A DNA stretch of 64,000 nucleotides from Eledone cirrhosa (GCA_964016885.1 OZ024743.1:86428001-86492000); one strand, 5' to 3'; positions 13,767 to 26,570 are shown, counted from the stretch's first letter. Notes: generated by a model from the sequence alone, not told the origin. Program-made: numbers and translations.

Positions 13767-15600
13767 TAACAGATTAAAGTTTAAGCAAAGAATCGCTGCT
13801 TTCACCCTTAACGGGATCTTCTGAAACTATAGTTCGTGGAAACGTTCCCTGGCAAAGAACAATTTCACGCACAGACAAAACCACGTAAATGGTATAACTG
13901 AAGTCGTAGACTAAAATTCTATTTAGGAAACCGAATGATCCTCGGCTTCAGAGTTAAGAATAAAGTAAATAAATTACAGAGGTAATTGAAATTAAATATA
14001 TACATAGACGCATCCATATACGTACATACACAAGCATATGCGAAAACACTCGCCATGAGTATACAAATACAAGCACGTACACAAAAAACACGCACGCACA
14101 TACAGAACACACACAACGCCTGTACCCGCACTCATACGAACGTATACACCAAATACACATAAAAATCTATACAAAAAAAAAAAATATGTGTGTGTGTGTG
14201 TGTGCGTGTATACATATAATTAAATAAACGTAAATAAATATACACACATCTCTATACGTATATAACGAGCGCACACACATACCTACATGTAAATACACAT
14301 GTTCGCAGACGTACGTCAACCAAAACACAAAGTACACATACACACACACCCTACATACGTACGAACCCGCATACTCACACAGACGCAAAACTCACGTATA
14401 CACATAACCAAATGCACATGTACCATATACACCATAACATATACAAGTCAATATACGTACGAGAAAGTATACGTACCCTCACAAAACATACAGGTAATAT
14501 ATACTTACCTACACAAATAAGTAATGGTATAAACATAACATATACTTAGTACCACATCAAGACGTAAAATATCCGCGTATAGTTCATACTATCCGTTAGG
14601 GTATAATGTGGGGCTGTAATATAGGAAAGTTATGTTTACAAGCCGAAATTGCCTCAGATTTTTTGTTTAAGATGTGGTCTTTGGCGTAGCGTATTTCCAG
14701 GGACTCAGTGGCGCAGAGGTCACATGGTCTTTTATTTCCGTTATACGATCTAGCCTTAGCTAGGATCTCCCAGTGTAACTTATATTGGGTGTGGTTGTCT
14801 TTTAAACTCCAGATATAAGTTGAAAGTGACGTCATATTCCTTCTTAAAGGGTTAAGAAAAGAATGGGTATGCATGTAAAGACGCTGCTTGAATCTATTGG
14901 CGGATAACCCTAAGTAGGCCCTACGGGACGTGGGTGTTTCAACCTTACATTTGTAGACAATGTTACTAGAGAGGCATTTCCCGGATAGGGGGTAGTCAAC
15001 CCGATTCCCCAATTACAGTTAGTACTAGCTACAGGGTTGCACGTGTTCCTACGGCTAGGTAATTTAGCTAAATTTGAAGCTGTGGTGTTATGTGCAAGGT
15101 TGGAAGTCGTAGAGTAAGAAATTTTAATGGTATTTCTATTGAAAATTTTACTATATTTATGTGCTGGGGGAAATGCTTCATAATAAGGGAGAGAAAGATC
15201 TTAGCTAATGGTGTGGCCACCTCCATATTATATGGTTATACCATATAATGCGTCGGGATCTATTTTTCCTAGGTCTATTCTCGTACTCTGTATAGGCTAC
15301 CTTATCAACAAATCCACTCCGAGCAAGAGCTTCATTGTAATATGTGGAATGGTCGTTGAAAATATGCTCGTTTGTAGATAGACGGGAAAGCCTCAAAGAA
15401 ACGTTTCTTACCAGGTTCTTGGTTATGCTGCCAGGATGGTTAGAATGCTTACTTATGTAATTAAGCGTATCATTCGGCTTTCTATACGGGTAGTGTAAGC
15501 CATTCGACAAATTGAGGGTAACGTCGAGGTAATTAACGACCGAGAGGTTGGCCTCAAACTGTATGGAGAGGTTTTTAGTCTTCAAATTTATTATTATTAC
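13760..15600 (-). mobile_element. Penelope-like element (possibly Hydra clade), RT thumb + GIY-YIG + 3' UTR
   Basis: [26 protein letters not shown]; PLSGKCL..NIVYKC..YLGL..FKQR..H..SF..LSTYIW..CDLC..E..LNKKSE..CKH; flanked by (TA)n. Confidence 0.85.
13778..13828 (-). ncRNA. Type I hammerhead-like motif with variant core CAGAAGA
   Basis: agttt-CAGAAGA-tccc gttaa gggt-GAAA-GCA..TGC-TT-aaact; identical copy at 25036-25086. Confidence 0.6.
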
Positions 15601-15602
15601 TA

Positions 15603-15672
<70 letters not shown>

Positions 15673-15674
<2 letters not shown>

Positions 15675-15830
15675 GGAAAAGAGTCAGGATCCCAACGGCT
15701 GAGCTGTCGAGACTACCGGAGCTCAGCCGTCGGGGTCCTGACTCTTTTCCTACTACCCACTCTACTACCCATAGTATCGAGTACTCTGGTCTGTTATGGT
15801 CAACCTGGATCCTCACCACATTTCCTTCAT
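15673..15830 (+). repeat. Fold-back element related to 1990-2188, centred on hammerhead stem III
   Basis: taggaaaagagtcagga...acggctgagct-loop-agctcagccgtc...tcctgactcttttccta, then shared tail; between (TA)n tracts. Confidence 0.7.
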
Positions 15831-15983
15831 TATATATATATACGTATATATACATATGCATATGTATATGTATACATATGTATATAACCATGAAACTAAT
15901 ACACTTTGTTATTGCATCTTCATGTTCGTTCGTTTCGTATGTCCTTGACTTATATATATATATGTATATATATGTGTATATAC

Positions 15984-16023
<40 letters not shown>

Positions 16024-16119
16024 GTATATATATGTGTATATATATGTATATATATATATATGTATATACATAAATATATATATGTATAATATACATATAT
16101 ATACATATATGACGATATG

Positions 16120-18917
16120 AACTTTCCTTGCTTACGGTGAACCCTATACCCCCGACCGATCTGGCACCCTCTGCTTTCCCGAGTCTCAAGGCGCATCCAT
16201 CTTGCCATCGCGAACTCGCCCCCTTCTTCTGGCGGGTCTCGCACACCCCTAACACGTCGCACCTCATCTTCTTCTCCTCCATTAGGTGGTTCAGTCCTTT
16301 CCCCCTGCCATAGACCTGCAGTTGTAGGTGCATATGGCAAGGTTAGTCCTGTTCCTTGGCGGCCTTCGGGAACCTGTGATTGGTGTACTGAACGTGAACC
16401 TCTCAGGGAACGCCACCCTCAAGATCGTCCAGACCTACGCTCCCACAAGTGCCAGCGACGACGATGAGGTGAAAGAAGTCTATCGCCAGCTAGACAAAGT
16501 GCTAGCTGTGAAGTCCACATACACCATCGTGATGGGAGACTTCAACGCAAAGGTCGGACAGGGACGCAAGGAGAAGAGTATGTCGGAAGATTCGGCCTAG
16601 GAGAGCGAAATGAGAGAGGAGAGCGTCTGGTCACCATGGCGGAGGTGAGACGGCTCTACATCGGAAACAGCCTATTCAGGAAGAAGAATGAGAAGAGATG
16701 GACCTGGGTATCGCCAAATTCTGAGCACCGAAACGAGATTGACTACATCTTGGTCGACAAGCGATGCATACTGCAGGACGTCTCCGTCATAACGCCATTC
16801 AACACTGGCAGTGATCATCGTCTGGTGAGGGCGAAGGTCGTCATCGACCGGACGAGGGAGAAGAAGGCGCTGCATTTGGCGTCGAAGGGAGAACGCGACC
16901 GGGTCTTCAACGAGGCGCAGCTGCAGGAAGCTATCATGCAAGAAAACTGGCGTCAAAGAGACGGCATAGACGCTGACTACGACTCACTGATAAGGAAACT
17001 GAAGGAGTGCTTGAGGAAGGCTAAGGGTGTGTGCCCGAGGGAGCGGAAGGGAAGAGTCTCGGAGGAAACTATGAAGTTGCTTGAGAAGAGGAAGAATATG
17101 AAGAGGACACCTGAAGATCACCTCGAATATTCCCTTCCCAGCAGAGTGATACGTCAACAACTGAAGAGAGACTTCGAGGCATACCGGATGGAGAAGCTCC
17201 TGAAGGCCGCAAAGGAAAAGAAGAGCCTCAAGAAATGCGAGAGGGACATGACAATGTACAGATCAGAGGTGACGACCCTGAAAAACACAGATGGAGTACC
17301 GGTCAGCGACAAGAGTGAGGTGGAAAAGGTTTGCGAAGACTTCTTCACCAAGCTCTTCAAGTATGCCGGGAATGTGCAGCCGTTGCCGTCACTCCAACAG
17401 GAAGAAAATGTGCCACCCATCCTTGTCGGTGAGGTCGAAAGAGCCGTCGGCTTGATGAAAAGCGAAAAGGCGCCAGGGAAAGACGGCATAACATCGGAGG
17501 TGTTGAAGTCAGGCGGAGAGCAGCTCCGGAAAATCCTCGCCGAGCGATTCACACGCTATCTGGACGAGGGAAGAATACCCTCGCAGTGGAAAGAGTCGAA
17601 TACCATACTGCTATACAAGAAGGGCGATAGAGAAGATCTGAAGAACTACCGACCCATATGCCTGCTGTCTCACGTGTACAAGCTGTTCACGAAGATAAAC
17701 CTGAACAGGTTATCACGTCATCTGGACGAACAGCAACCGAGAGAGCAAGCCGGCTTCCGGAAAAACTACAGCAGGATGGACCACATATTTACTCTAACAC
17801 AACTGCTTGAGCGAACAAAAGAGTACAAGATACTCTTTGCGTCGCGTTCGTAGACTACGAGAAGGCCTTCGACAGCGTCGAAATCAACGCAGTGCTGAAC
17901 TCGCTGCAGAGGCAAGGAGTCGAGGCGCAATACGTTCAACTGCCCAGGGAGGCGGATTCCGGATGCACCACCGACATAGCTCTGCTGTCATCACCGGTAC
18001 GAGTGCCGGTCGAGAAGGGAGTGAAGCAAGGAGATACGATCTCTCCAAAAGTTTTCACCGCGTGTCTCGAGCAGATCATCAGAGGCATTGACTGGGAAGG
18101 CGGTGTCAACATCAACGGCGAGATACTTACCCAGCTCCGTTTCGCTGATGACATCGTACTCATCACTGAAACCACGGATCAGCTTCAGACCCTGCTGACG
18201 GAGCTCGACATCAAAAGCTCTGCAGTAGGCCTCAAGATGAACCGCATGAAAACGAAGTTCATGCGGTCCGACAACGTGCCAACAGGTCGAATGGTGGTTG
18301 GCGGTGATGAAATAGAGGAGGTGGAGGAATAAGTCTACCTATGACAAGAAGTGAACATACGCCGAGATATTGAGAGGGAGATTTCGCGGAGAGTAAGGGC
18401 CGGATGGAAGGCGTTCAACGGCATAAGGGATGTGCTCAAGGGGAGGTTGGACAAGACCACTCGCCCCAACCTCTTCAATAGCACAGTTTTACCTGCAATG
18501 TTATATGGCAGTGAAACTTGGGCTACAACGAAGAGAGAAGAGCAGAGGCTGGTAACGGCTCAAAGAGCCATGGAGAGAACAATGCTAGGAATCTCGTTGA
18601 GAGAGCACACCAGGAGCGAAATCATCAGACAGAAGTCCGGCATGAGGGACGTCATCACGGAATATATGCGCAGCAAGTTCAGATGGGCTGGACACGTGAC
18701 CTGGTTCACCGAAAATCGGTGGATCCGCGCAGTTGCCGAGTGGTACCCGCGCGAGCGGAAACGACCACTCGAAAGGCCTCCACGAGGGTGGAGTTACGAT
18801 TTGAAGAATACGATTGGGACTACATGGATGAGGAAAGCACGATCCAGATAAGAATGGACGGCGTGCTGTGACCAGCGGCGCCGAATGGACGCCCGACAGA
18901 CTGGTCGGTCAAGGTGA
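16120..18917 (+). mobile_element. RTE-clade LINE, near full ORF with inverted 5' segment
   Basis: YAPTS, MGDFNAKVG, EIDYIL, SDHRLV, NYRPICLL, EQAGFR, GVKQGDTISP, FADDIV, FRWAGHV; APE N-terminus on minus strand at 16120-16370. Confidence 0.93.
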
Positions 18918-18999
18918 TATACATATACATATATATATATGTGTGTATATATATATGTATATACACATATATATATATGTGTTTATATATATATGTGTT

Positions 19000-19030
<31 letters not shown>

Positions 19031-19266
19031 GTTAAAAAGTTAAAAAAAAGTTTAAAAAATGTACATCCACATATGTATACTGAAATACTAGTATGCATAT
19101 GATTACACACACGTATACATATGTAGATGTACCGAGTTTTTCACTGGTCACTTTACTGTGAGTGTCCAGCTATTCTGTATGTAAACACACAGACAAACCG
19201 GTTTTTAGAGTCATACTGGTTTTTTAGGAAACACCTTTCCTCTATTCTCCAGAAAGCCAGACAAGG

Positions 19267-19311
19267 AATATTGAACTAGTTTCGATGTTGTTACATCTCA
19301 TCAGCAATATT
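19267..19311 (-). ncRNA. Minimal type I hammerhead ribozyme
   Basis: aatattg-CTGATGA-gatgt aaca acatc-GAAAC TA GTT-caatatt; palindromic stem III ACTAGT. Confidence 0.85.
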
Positions 19312-19733
19312 TACCTATCTTCCGGCCTCTCTAGAGAATCGTAAAAGCACATATCGTTATATGCTTTTTCTATGAAAATTAGTAGTGGGCAGACTAATTT
19401 GCATAGAGCGTGAGTACGTACCGGTTCAACGGAGACGATAAAAACAAATAACGAAACGAAATTAAATTTCGTTTCGTTTGTAACTCACTTTTGTATGACT
19501 GACGCTTAAACAATTAAGTTAAAAAATGTACATCCACATATGTATACTGAAATACTAGTATGCATATGATTACACACACGTATACATATGTAGATGTACC
19601 GAGTTTTTCACTGGTCACTTTACTGTGAGTGTCCAGCTATTCTGTATGTAAACACACAGACAAACCGGTTTTTAGAGTCATACTGGTTTTTTAGGAAACA
19701 CCTTTCCTCTATTCTCCAGAAAGCCAGACAAGG

Positions 19734-19778
19734 AATATTGAACTAGTTTCGATGTTGTTACATCTCATCAGCAATATT
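19734..19778 (-). ncRNA. Minimal type I hammerhead ribozyme (second copy)
   Basis: Identical to 19267-19311. Confidence 0.85.
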
Positions 19779-19943
19779 TACCTATCTTCCGGCCTCTCTA
19801 GAGAATCGTAAAAGCACATATCGTTATATGCTTTTTCTATGAAAATTAGTAGTGGGCAGACTAATTTGCATAGAGCGTGAGTACGTACCGGTTCAACGGA
19901 GACGATAAAAACAAATAACGAAACGAAATTAAATTTCGTTTCG

Positions 19944-20023
<80 letters not shown>

Positions 20024-20247
20024 GAGTATTTAACCTTGATTTTATTCTGAGTTAAGACTCTATTGGTTTTTTCCCTGGTTTCACAAAATCTGTGGATAAA
20101 ATTTCTGTCGTAACTTTTTTTTTTTTAATTGAGTTTGAATTATTTTCTCATATTTTACGTTAAATATTTTTCATTTTGACCTTATAGTCACTTATATATT
20201 ATGAAATACTGTTGGCTTCTTGCTCACATTAATTTCTCTATTTTCAT

Positions 20248-20311
<64 letters not shown>

Positions 20312-20396
20312 ACACACACACACACAGATATATATATATATATAAACAAGAAGTGTAAATCAACAGGTTAAAATTAATTTCGTTTATTCAAATTCA

Positions 20397-20453
20397 CTGT
20401 TATATATATTTCGGTGATAACCATTATTCAACAGTTATGACCTCATCAGACAG
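20397..20453 (-). ncRNA. Type I hammerhead ribozyme inside an imperfect inverted repeat (20343-20547)
   Basis: ctgt-CTGATGA-ggtcataac...gttatcacc-GAAA-TATATA-TA-acag. Confidence 0.75.
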
Positions 20454-21599
20454 CTAGAACTTGAACAGAAAAAAACAGAAAAACATTCTGTTTTTCTGTT
20501 TTTTTTCATTCATTTGTTTTTAATCTGTTGACTCACACTTCTTGTTTTTAAATTACTCCGGAGTAAATGGGCCCACCTGTACACTTCATTGAGTGCTCTA
20601 CCCTGCATACTGAAGTGTCGATAACCAACCAACACATACTCAAATTTATATATATATATTCTCTATTTGCCGATTTGCTAAGTTGCATAGCGACATCAGT
20701 GTAACTACAATCACGGACACAGACCCAAACACTTGCTTGTTTATTGTTGTCCACCGAATTGGATGAAGACCATTTTTTCCTTCAATAGTGGATAACTGTT
20801 CGTGTAGCAATAGTTGAAGAAGAATGTTTGTTGGTTTGTTTGTTGTCTGGTTGATTCGTTCATTTGTAGTAATGGTATTGATGGAATGTGAAGTTGATGA
20901 GTGAGTAGCTTGTTGGTCGAACAATGTCAAGTGGGTAAGTGAAGTTGGTCTCAATGAGTTGAGAGAAGTTTTGCCATATTTATGGAAACAAGAAGTTGAC
21001 CCTACTTGTTGTGGTATGAAGTGATATTACCATGGGGAAGATGATCTTCCCAGATCTCATGGACAAGAATCAACGAATGAACAAAACACGGCTAATTTTA
21101 ATGTTTTTATTTGTAACATGATTTACTTCAAAATTCAATGAACAACGGAAAAAGATGCAGGTATTGTTGCAGTATGTTATGTATGCAAATGTAGTAATAT
21201 CCAGTAACCTGTGTTGGTAACTTTCTCAGTTAGTGCCGATCCCAGTGAGTGTGTGCGACTGTGTATGTCTCTACATTGCAAGGTTAAATGAACAAGCTGT
21301 CTCTCTCAGAGTCGGGAAACAGTCTGTCTTTTGTAAAGTCGAAAAAACAGACTGATCTTCACAAAGGTAATTTATCTAATATTATCCCTGCGTAACATTG
21401 GAGCCATTAGTCCTTCCACCAGAGAATGTTATCTAAGATATGGGACTCTGGGGTCATAGGTAAATATTAAGGTGGTCATGTGTGACCGACTAAGAAAAAC
21501 CATTGTGGGAAAATGTGACGAGATTTCGCTACATACAGACAGTTACAGACAGGATGTATGAATATCTAGTTTGTGAGATAAGGTATTAATTTGTGGTCA

Positions 21600-21950
21600 T
21601 GTCTTCTTTCTCACACATTTTGTTTAGTGTTGAGTGTATTTCTCTCTCATATCATCAAAAACGAGAATGCCAGAGTGAATGGTTAGTATCGATGCTTTCC
21701 ACTCTTGAGGGGTTGGTGTTATCTGGTCTTTAAACAGCATTTTTGATTCTGCAGCCATTTGATGACCATGGTGTAGCTGGTCATAGAATATCGTATGAGG
21801 CAGGCGCGAGATAGCCATGAGCATTCTTAGTTGATGCGTGGATTCAATGTAGGCTGTATTGGTTTAACGAAGGATTTCTATGTGTACAATATTATCTAAC
21901 CATGCGACTGAAAGGATCTTCTTGAGATCCCGGATAATAAAGACCTCGGT
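21600..21950 (-). mobile_element. Old RTE LINE C-terminal fragment
   Basis: RLPHTIFYDQLHHG..SKMLFKDQI resembles RTE RLPK.IFYGEL..G..K.RFKD. Confidence 0.5.
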
Positions 21951-21974
21951 GGTCATAATGCTTTGGCAGAATGT

Positions 21975-22110
21975 GCTCCGATGACCCTGTGTTAAACAGG
22001 CGAAACTCTAGAGTAACAAAACTCACAATCCAGCTTTAATAAAATGAATATTAAAACTCTACTTTGGTATTGAGTAGTCTTTTCTCTCCGCCGTCAACCA
22101 TATATGAATT
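21975..22110 (+). ncRNA. Degenerate hammerhead plus PLE-like 3' tail
   Basis: CCGATGA-ccctgt gttaa acagg-c-GAAACTCTAGAGTA; stem I weak; followed by GTATTGAGTAGTCT. Confidence 0.5.
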
Positions 22111-22154
22111 TACACCCCCAGCTACTTGTAGCCGGTAGAACACATACACTCTCT

Positions 22155-22195
<41 letters not shown>

Positions 22196-22243
22196 CAATA
22201 TATATATGTATATATCTAGAATAAGGATTTGTAGCCGGTAGAG

Positions 22244-22343
<100 letters not shown>

Positions 22344-22389
22344 TCTTCCCCATGGTAATATATATATATATATATATATATATTGGGTA

Positions 22390-22927
22390 TCTAGAATAAG
22401 GACGGGTTGGAAGAAGTTTAGGGAGCTGCTTCCTCTGCTGACGAAGAAGGGTTTCTCCCTGCGTACGAAAGGCCAGTTGTATGATGCCTGTGTGAGGAGC
22501 GCGATGCTGCATGGTAGTGAGACATGGGCAGCAACTGCAGAGGATATGCGACGGCTGGAGAGAAGTGAGGCAAGCATGCTCCGTTGGATGTGCAGTGTAA
22601 ATGTGCGTGAACGACCCAGCATGAATGTGTTGAGAGAGAAACTGTGTCTGAGAGGGATAGAATGTAGTGTACGGGAGAGGAGACTGAGGTGGTATGGACA
22701 TGTGATGCGCATGGAGGATGACCGATGGGTGAAGAGGTGCCAGGAAATGCCAGTTGAAGGAAGACGTGGTAGAGGTGGACCACGAAAAACATGGGCGGAG
22801 GTGGTGAGAACAGATCTCAGATCGTTGAAGCTCACGGTGGAGATGACGAAGGACCGTGACGAGTGGAGAGATGCTGTGCTGAATAAGACCCGTCCCACCC
22901 TTGCAAGCAGGGAAGAGCGGACGTAAA

Positions 22928-22958
<31 letters not shown>
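22390..22958 (+). mobile_element. RTE LINE 3' fragment, same family as 5125-5735
   Basis: ORF 22477-22926 nearly identical to 5148-5735; (ATG)n tail. Confidence 0.9.
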
Positions 22959-23017
<59 letters not shown>

Positions 23018-23021
<4 letters not shown>

Positions 23022-23580
23022 TCACCGTTTTACGTCCGTTCTTCCACGCTAGCATGGGTTAGACGGGTTGTCCTGTTGTGGGCAGTGTCCGGTCGGCTGA
23101 CCATGCCTTGCTCATACGAGAATTGATTATGGCTTGATTTCTACAGCTGGATGCCCTTCCTAACACCAATGCCATTTATAGTGAGTGCGGGGTGCTTTTT
23201 TCCGTGGTGCTTACACGTCCACTTTACAGTGTGGGCTGGATGCTTTTTTGCCGTGGCACCTCTACGACCACTTTGCAGTGGGAGGGTGTGGGGGGGCATA
23301 TATGTTTCAGCTTCGGCTTGTACCCGTGGGGGGTCGGGTCTTCTATATTACTGCGTGACGCCAGAGGTCACGGTCGTGTGTCATCGCCTTTGAGAGGTGT
23401 AAATGGGTAAGGTCGGCTTTATTACCTCATCCCAGGTCTTCTCGGGTCTTCCCACTCCGCGGTTTCCATCGACTTCTAGTGCTCTGCGCCTTTTTATGCA
23501 GCTGTCATCCTTCATACGCATCACATGTCCATACCAACGCAACCACCTCTCCTGCACACAGCATTTGATTCCTCTTATTG
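23018..23580 (-). mobile_element. RTE LINE 3' fragment with 3' UTR
   Basis: Minus-strand LRWYGHVMRM..GRPEKTWDEV; UTR similar to 7920-8300. Confidence 0.75.
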
Positions 23581-23670
23581 ATTCCTCTTATTTGATTCCT
23601 CTTATTTATGTATCAATAATATTAATAAATGGAAACTATCTTTATAAAACCATATTTATTTTATTATATA

Positions 23671-24005
23671 CTAGCTGAATGGCTCGGCGTTGCTCGGGAT
23701 TTGCTCTAGGGTATTTATATATTTGATATATATTTATCCGTCTCGAGCCTCGTGAAGTAAATACGTTTCTTTATATTTTTTTTAATGTGTATGCAAAAAT
23801 ATCTGTACACGAATATATAAATAACAGTACAGAGAAGTACGGAATACCTCGGCCTCGGCATGGTGTCTACATTTTGTGGTTATAAAAAAAATATTGTTGT
23901 ACATTACCAGGGGTTTTTTTCCGTGCGAAGAAAATCAATACTTTATCGCGAAATAAATACTTTTGTTTATATTTTGTTATTGTGTATGCACAAATATCTG
24001 CACAC

Positions 24006-24010
<5 letters not shown>
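23671..24010 (-). mobile_element. Non-autonomous Helitron-like 3' end
   Basis: Minus strand GC hairpin (cccgagcaacgccgag) ~8 nt before terminal CTAG; second copy 43814-43960; fragment ~31115. Confidence 0.6.
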
Positions 24011-24091
<81 letters not shown>

Positions 24092-24175
24092 AGGAGGTGA
24101 GTTTTATTGTAGTACAATAAAGCAATGCAGATATCGGATAAGAAGCACTCTACAGTTTGTAGGACTGGAGTATAC

Positions 24176-24504
24176 ATAATATATAAGATCAAAAGATGGT
24201 TAAAGGAGTTCCATGTATTTTATTATGCGCATTTCAAAAACAAACATCATCATGCAATAATATTTGTGTTTTCATCAGATAAAACAGGAGAACATGATAT
24301 GAAGGCTAAAAAACACTTGTGGATAGTGCAGTTTTAAATCAACATATATGTTGATTTAAAACTGCACTATCCACAAGTGTTTTTTAGCCTTCATATCATG
24401 TTCTGTTTTATATGATGAAAACACAAATATTATTGCATGATGATGTTTGTTTTTGAAATGCGCATAATAAAATACATGGAACTCCTTTAACCATCTTTTG
24501 ATCT

Positions 24505-24514
<10 letters not shown>
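24176..24514. repeat. Near-perfect ~340-bp palindrome with a hammerhead in each arm
   Basis: Centre aatcaacatatatgttgatt ~24346; left arm minus: ttttat-CTGATGA-..-GAAA-TGCGCA-TA-ataaaa (24218-24284); right arm core mutated to ATGATGA (24406-24472). Confidence 0.9.
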
Positions 24515-24552
<38 letters not shown>

Positions 24553-24691
24553 AGGTGCATTATTGGTTGTGTAAAATGGTCCAATAACTTTATGTTAGCA
24601 ATATTAAGTTCTCCACGCTTTTGTATATCTCCAATTCCATTCAAGGGAACAGCTAGATGATGTAAAACGGAGTATAAGTATCAAAATTAAA

Positions 24692-24888
24692 ATCCGAAGG
24701 CAAGGTAAAATTCCAATCATTTAATCACGACACATGTTTCAATGAGAGATAGATCGATTGTGAATTTGAAGACAATTCATTTTCACCTGATGAGATCAGT
24801 GATAATCGATCATGGCTTCACAATCGATCTATCTCTCATTGAAACATGTGTCGTGATTAAATGATTGGAATTTTACCTTGCCTTCGGA

Positions 24889-24889
<1 letters not shown>
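24692..24889 (+). repeat. Inverted repeat (~73-bp arms) with hammerhead at 24783-24856
   Basis: tcac-CTGATGA-...-GAAAC ATGT GTC-gtga; left arm is the reverse complement of stem II 3' strand plus downstream sequence. Confidence 0.8.
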
Positions 24890-24968
<79 letters not shown>

Positions 24969-24969
24969 T

Positions 24970-25024
<55 letters not shown>

Positions 25025-25035
25025 TAACAGATTAA

Positions 25036-25086
25036 AGTTTAAGCAAAGAATCGCTGCTTTCACCCTTAACGGGATCTTCTGAAACT
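25036..25086 (-). ncRNA. Variant hammerhead (CAGAAGA), solo copy of the PLE 3' end at 13760
   Basis: Sequence 25018-25087 identical to 13760-13829, abutting (TA)n. Confidence 0.6.
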
Positions 25087-25458
25087 AAAATAATAAATCT
25101 CTGAACGCAGAAGTAAATATTTCGAAAAACGTTACACACTATATATACATACACACACACACCACGTCATAATTACGTAATGCAGACAGCCAGGCATACA
25201 GACAGATATTATAAGGGCGCAACGTAATATCTATGTATCTATCTAAAAAGAGAAAGACTGAGAGAGGAAGAGATCGCTAAATCGCTTAATGCGGTCCCTA
25301 GGGCATTGAATTTTTTTTTGCTCAGAACACTCAATAGGACCATAAGTATTACATGTGTAAATGCAACCTGCACGGTTGGAGTCTCCAGGAGACTCCAACC
25401 GTGAAGGTTGCATTTTTCAGGGTATGTCAATATTTATTTATAAAACTAATCTATATTA

Positions 25459-25524
25459 TATTTTATCTGATGAAAACGCACCATAATTTGCCTTGGTGGC
25501 CCTTGAAATATGTATAATGAAATA
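25459..25524 (+). ncRNA. Type I hammerhead ribozyme
   Basis: tattttat-CTGATGA-..cacca..tggtg..-GAAA-TATGTA-TA-atgaaata. Confidence 0.65.
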
Positions 25525-26052
25525 AATATGGTTTTATAAATGTGGTTTCCATTTGCTAATATATTGTATATTTACTCCAATAATTTGTTGAGTGCTTTAT
25601 ATCAGTTATAAAAATATTTTGCTTGTTGTATCCCAACAAATTAAATATAACCTCTACATATATATATATATGTTTTTGGCAACCATTCACGGTGTGGCTC
25701 AATGACGAATTAATTAATTAAATAATCAACAATCAGAGCAATATATAAGAAAGTAAGTTCATAGAATCATTAGATAAAATATATACAGTATTTCTTCTCC
25801 CAATCAGCATAATCAGCCACATAAATAATCAATTAAACGAGGCTATAAGTTTAAAATGTACTTATGAAGAAACAATAGATAAATAAATGATAGCTTTTTA
25901 TCCGCGATCCACAGCCACAGAAGATTTACCTAGTATTTCTGATAGCCTGTAGAAATTGAAAGACATATAGCTTACCAAACACAATTAGGTACAAATTGTG
26001 TATGGTTAACTATATGTCTAGTCAATTTCTACGGGCTATTAGAAATACTGGG

Positions 26053-26085
<33 letters not shown>

Positions 26086-26240
26086 CCAGTATAATATGTA
26101 TATATATATATATATGGGTATATAGGTATATATATGTATATATATATATATATACCCAGTATAATATGTATATATATATATATATATATGGGTATATGGG
26201 TATATATATGTATATATATATATATGGGTATATGGGTATA

Positions 26241-26341
<101 letters not shown>

Positions 26342-26382
26342 TATATATATACACACATATACAATATATATATATATATAAA

Positions 26383-26570
26383 ACGAAAGAAGTGTGGTAA
26401 GGAACCAGGTGGACATAACGCCCCAGAGTACTCGATACTTAGGGTAGTAGAGTGGGTAATAGGAAAATGTTTAACCTCGACGGCAGAGCTCAAGCCGTTT
26501 CGACGGCTATTTCTGGAACAGAAATAGTTGTCGAAACGGCTTGAGCTCTGCCGTCGGGGTTAAACATTTT

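Larger units (their letters stand above)
19035..19945 (-). repeat. Tandem 467-bp non-coding unit (~1.9 copies) with one hammerhead per unit
   Basis: gtacatccac at 19061 and 19528; copies appear identical; flanked by (TA)n. Confidence 0.9.

Noticed and set aside
21010-21533. Possible solo LTR (TGT...ACA ends)
   Set aside because: No target-site duplication, PBS or partner LTR visible
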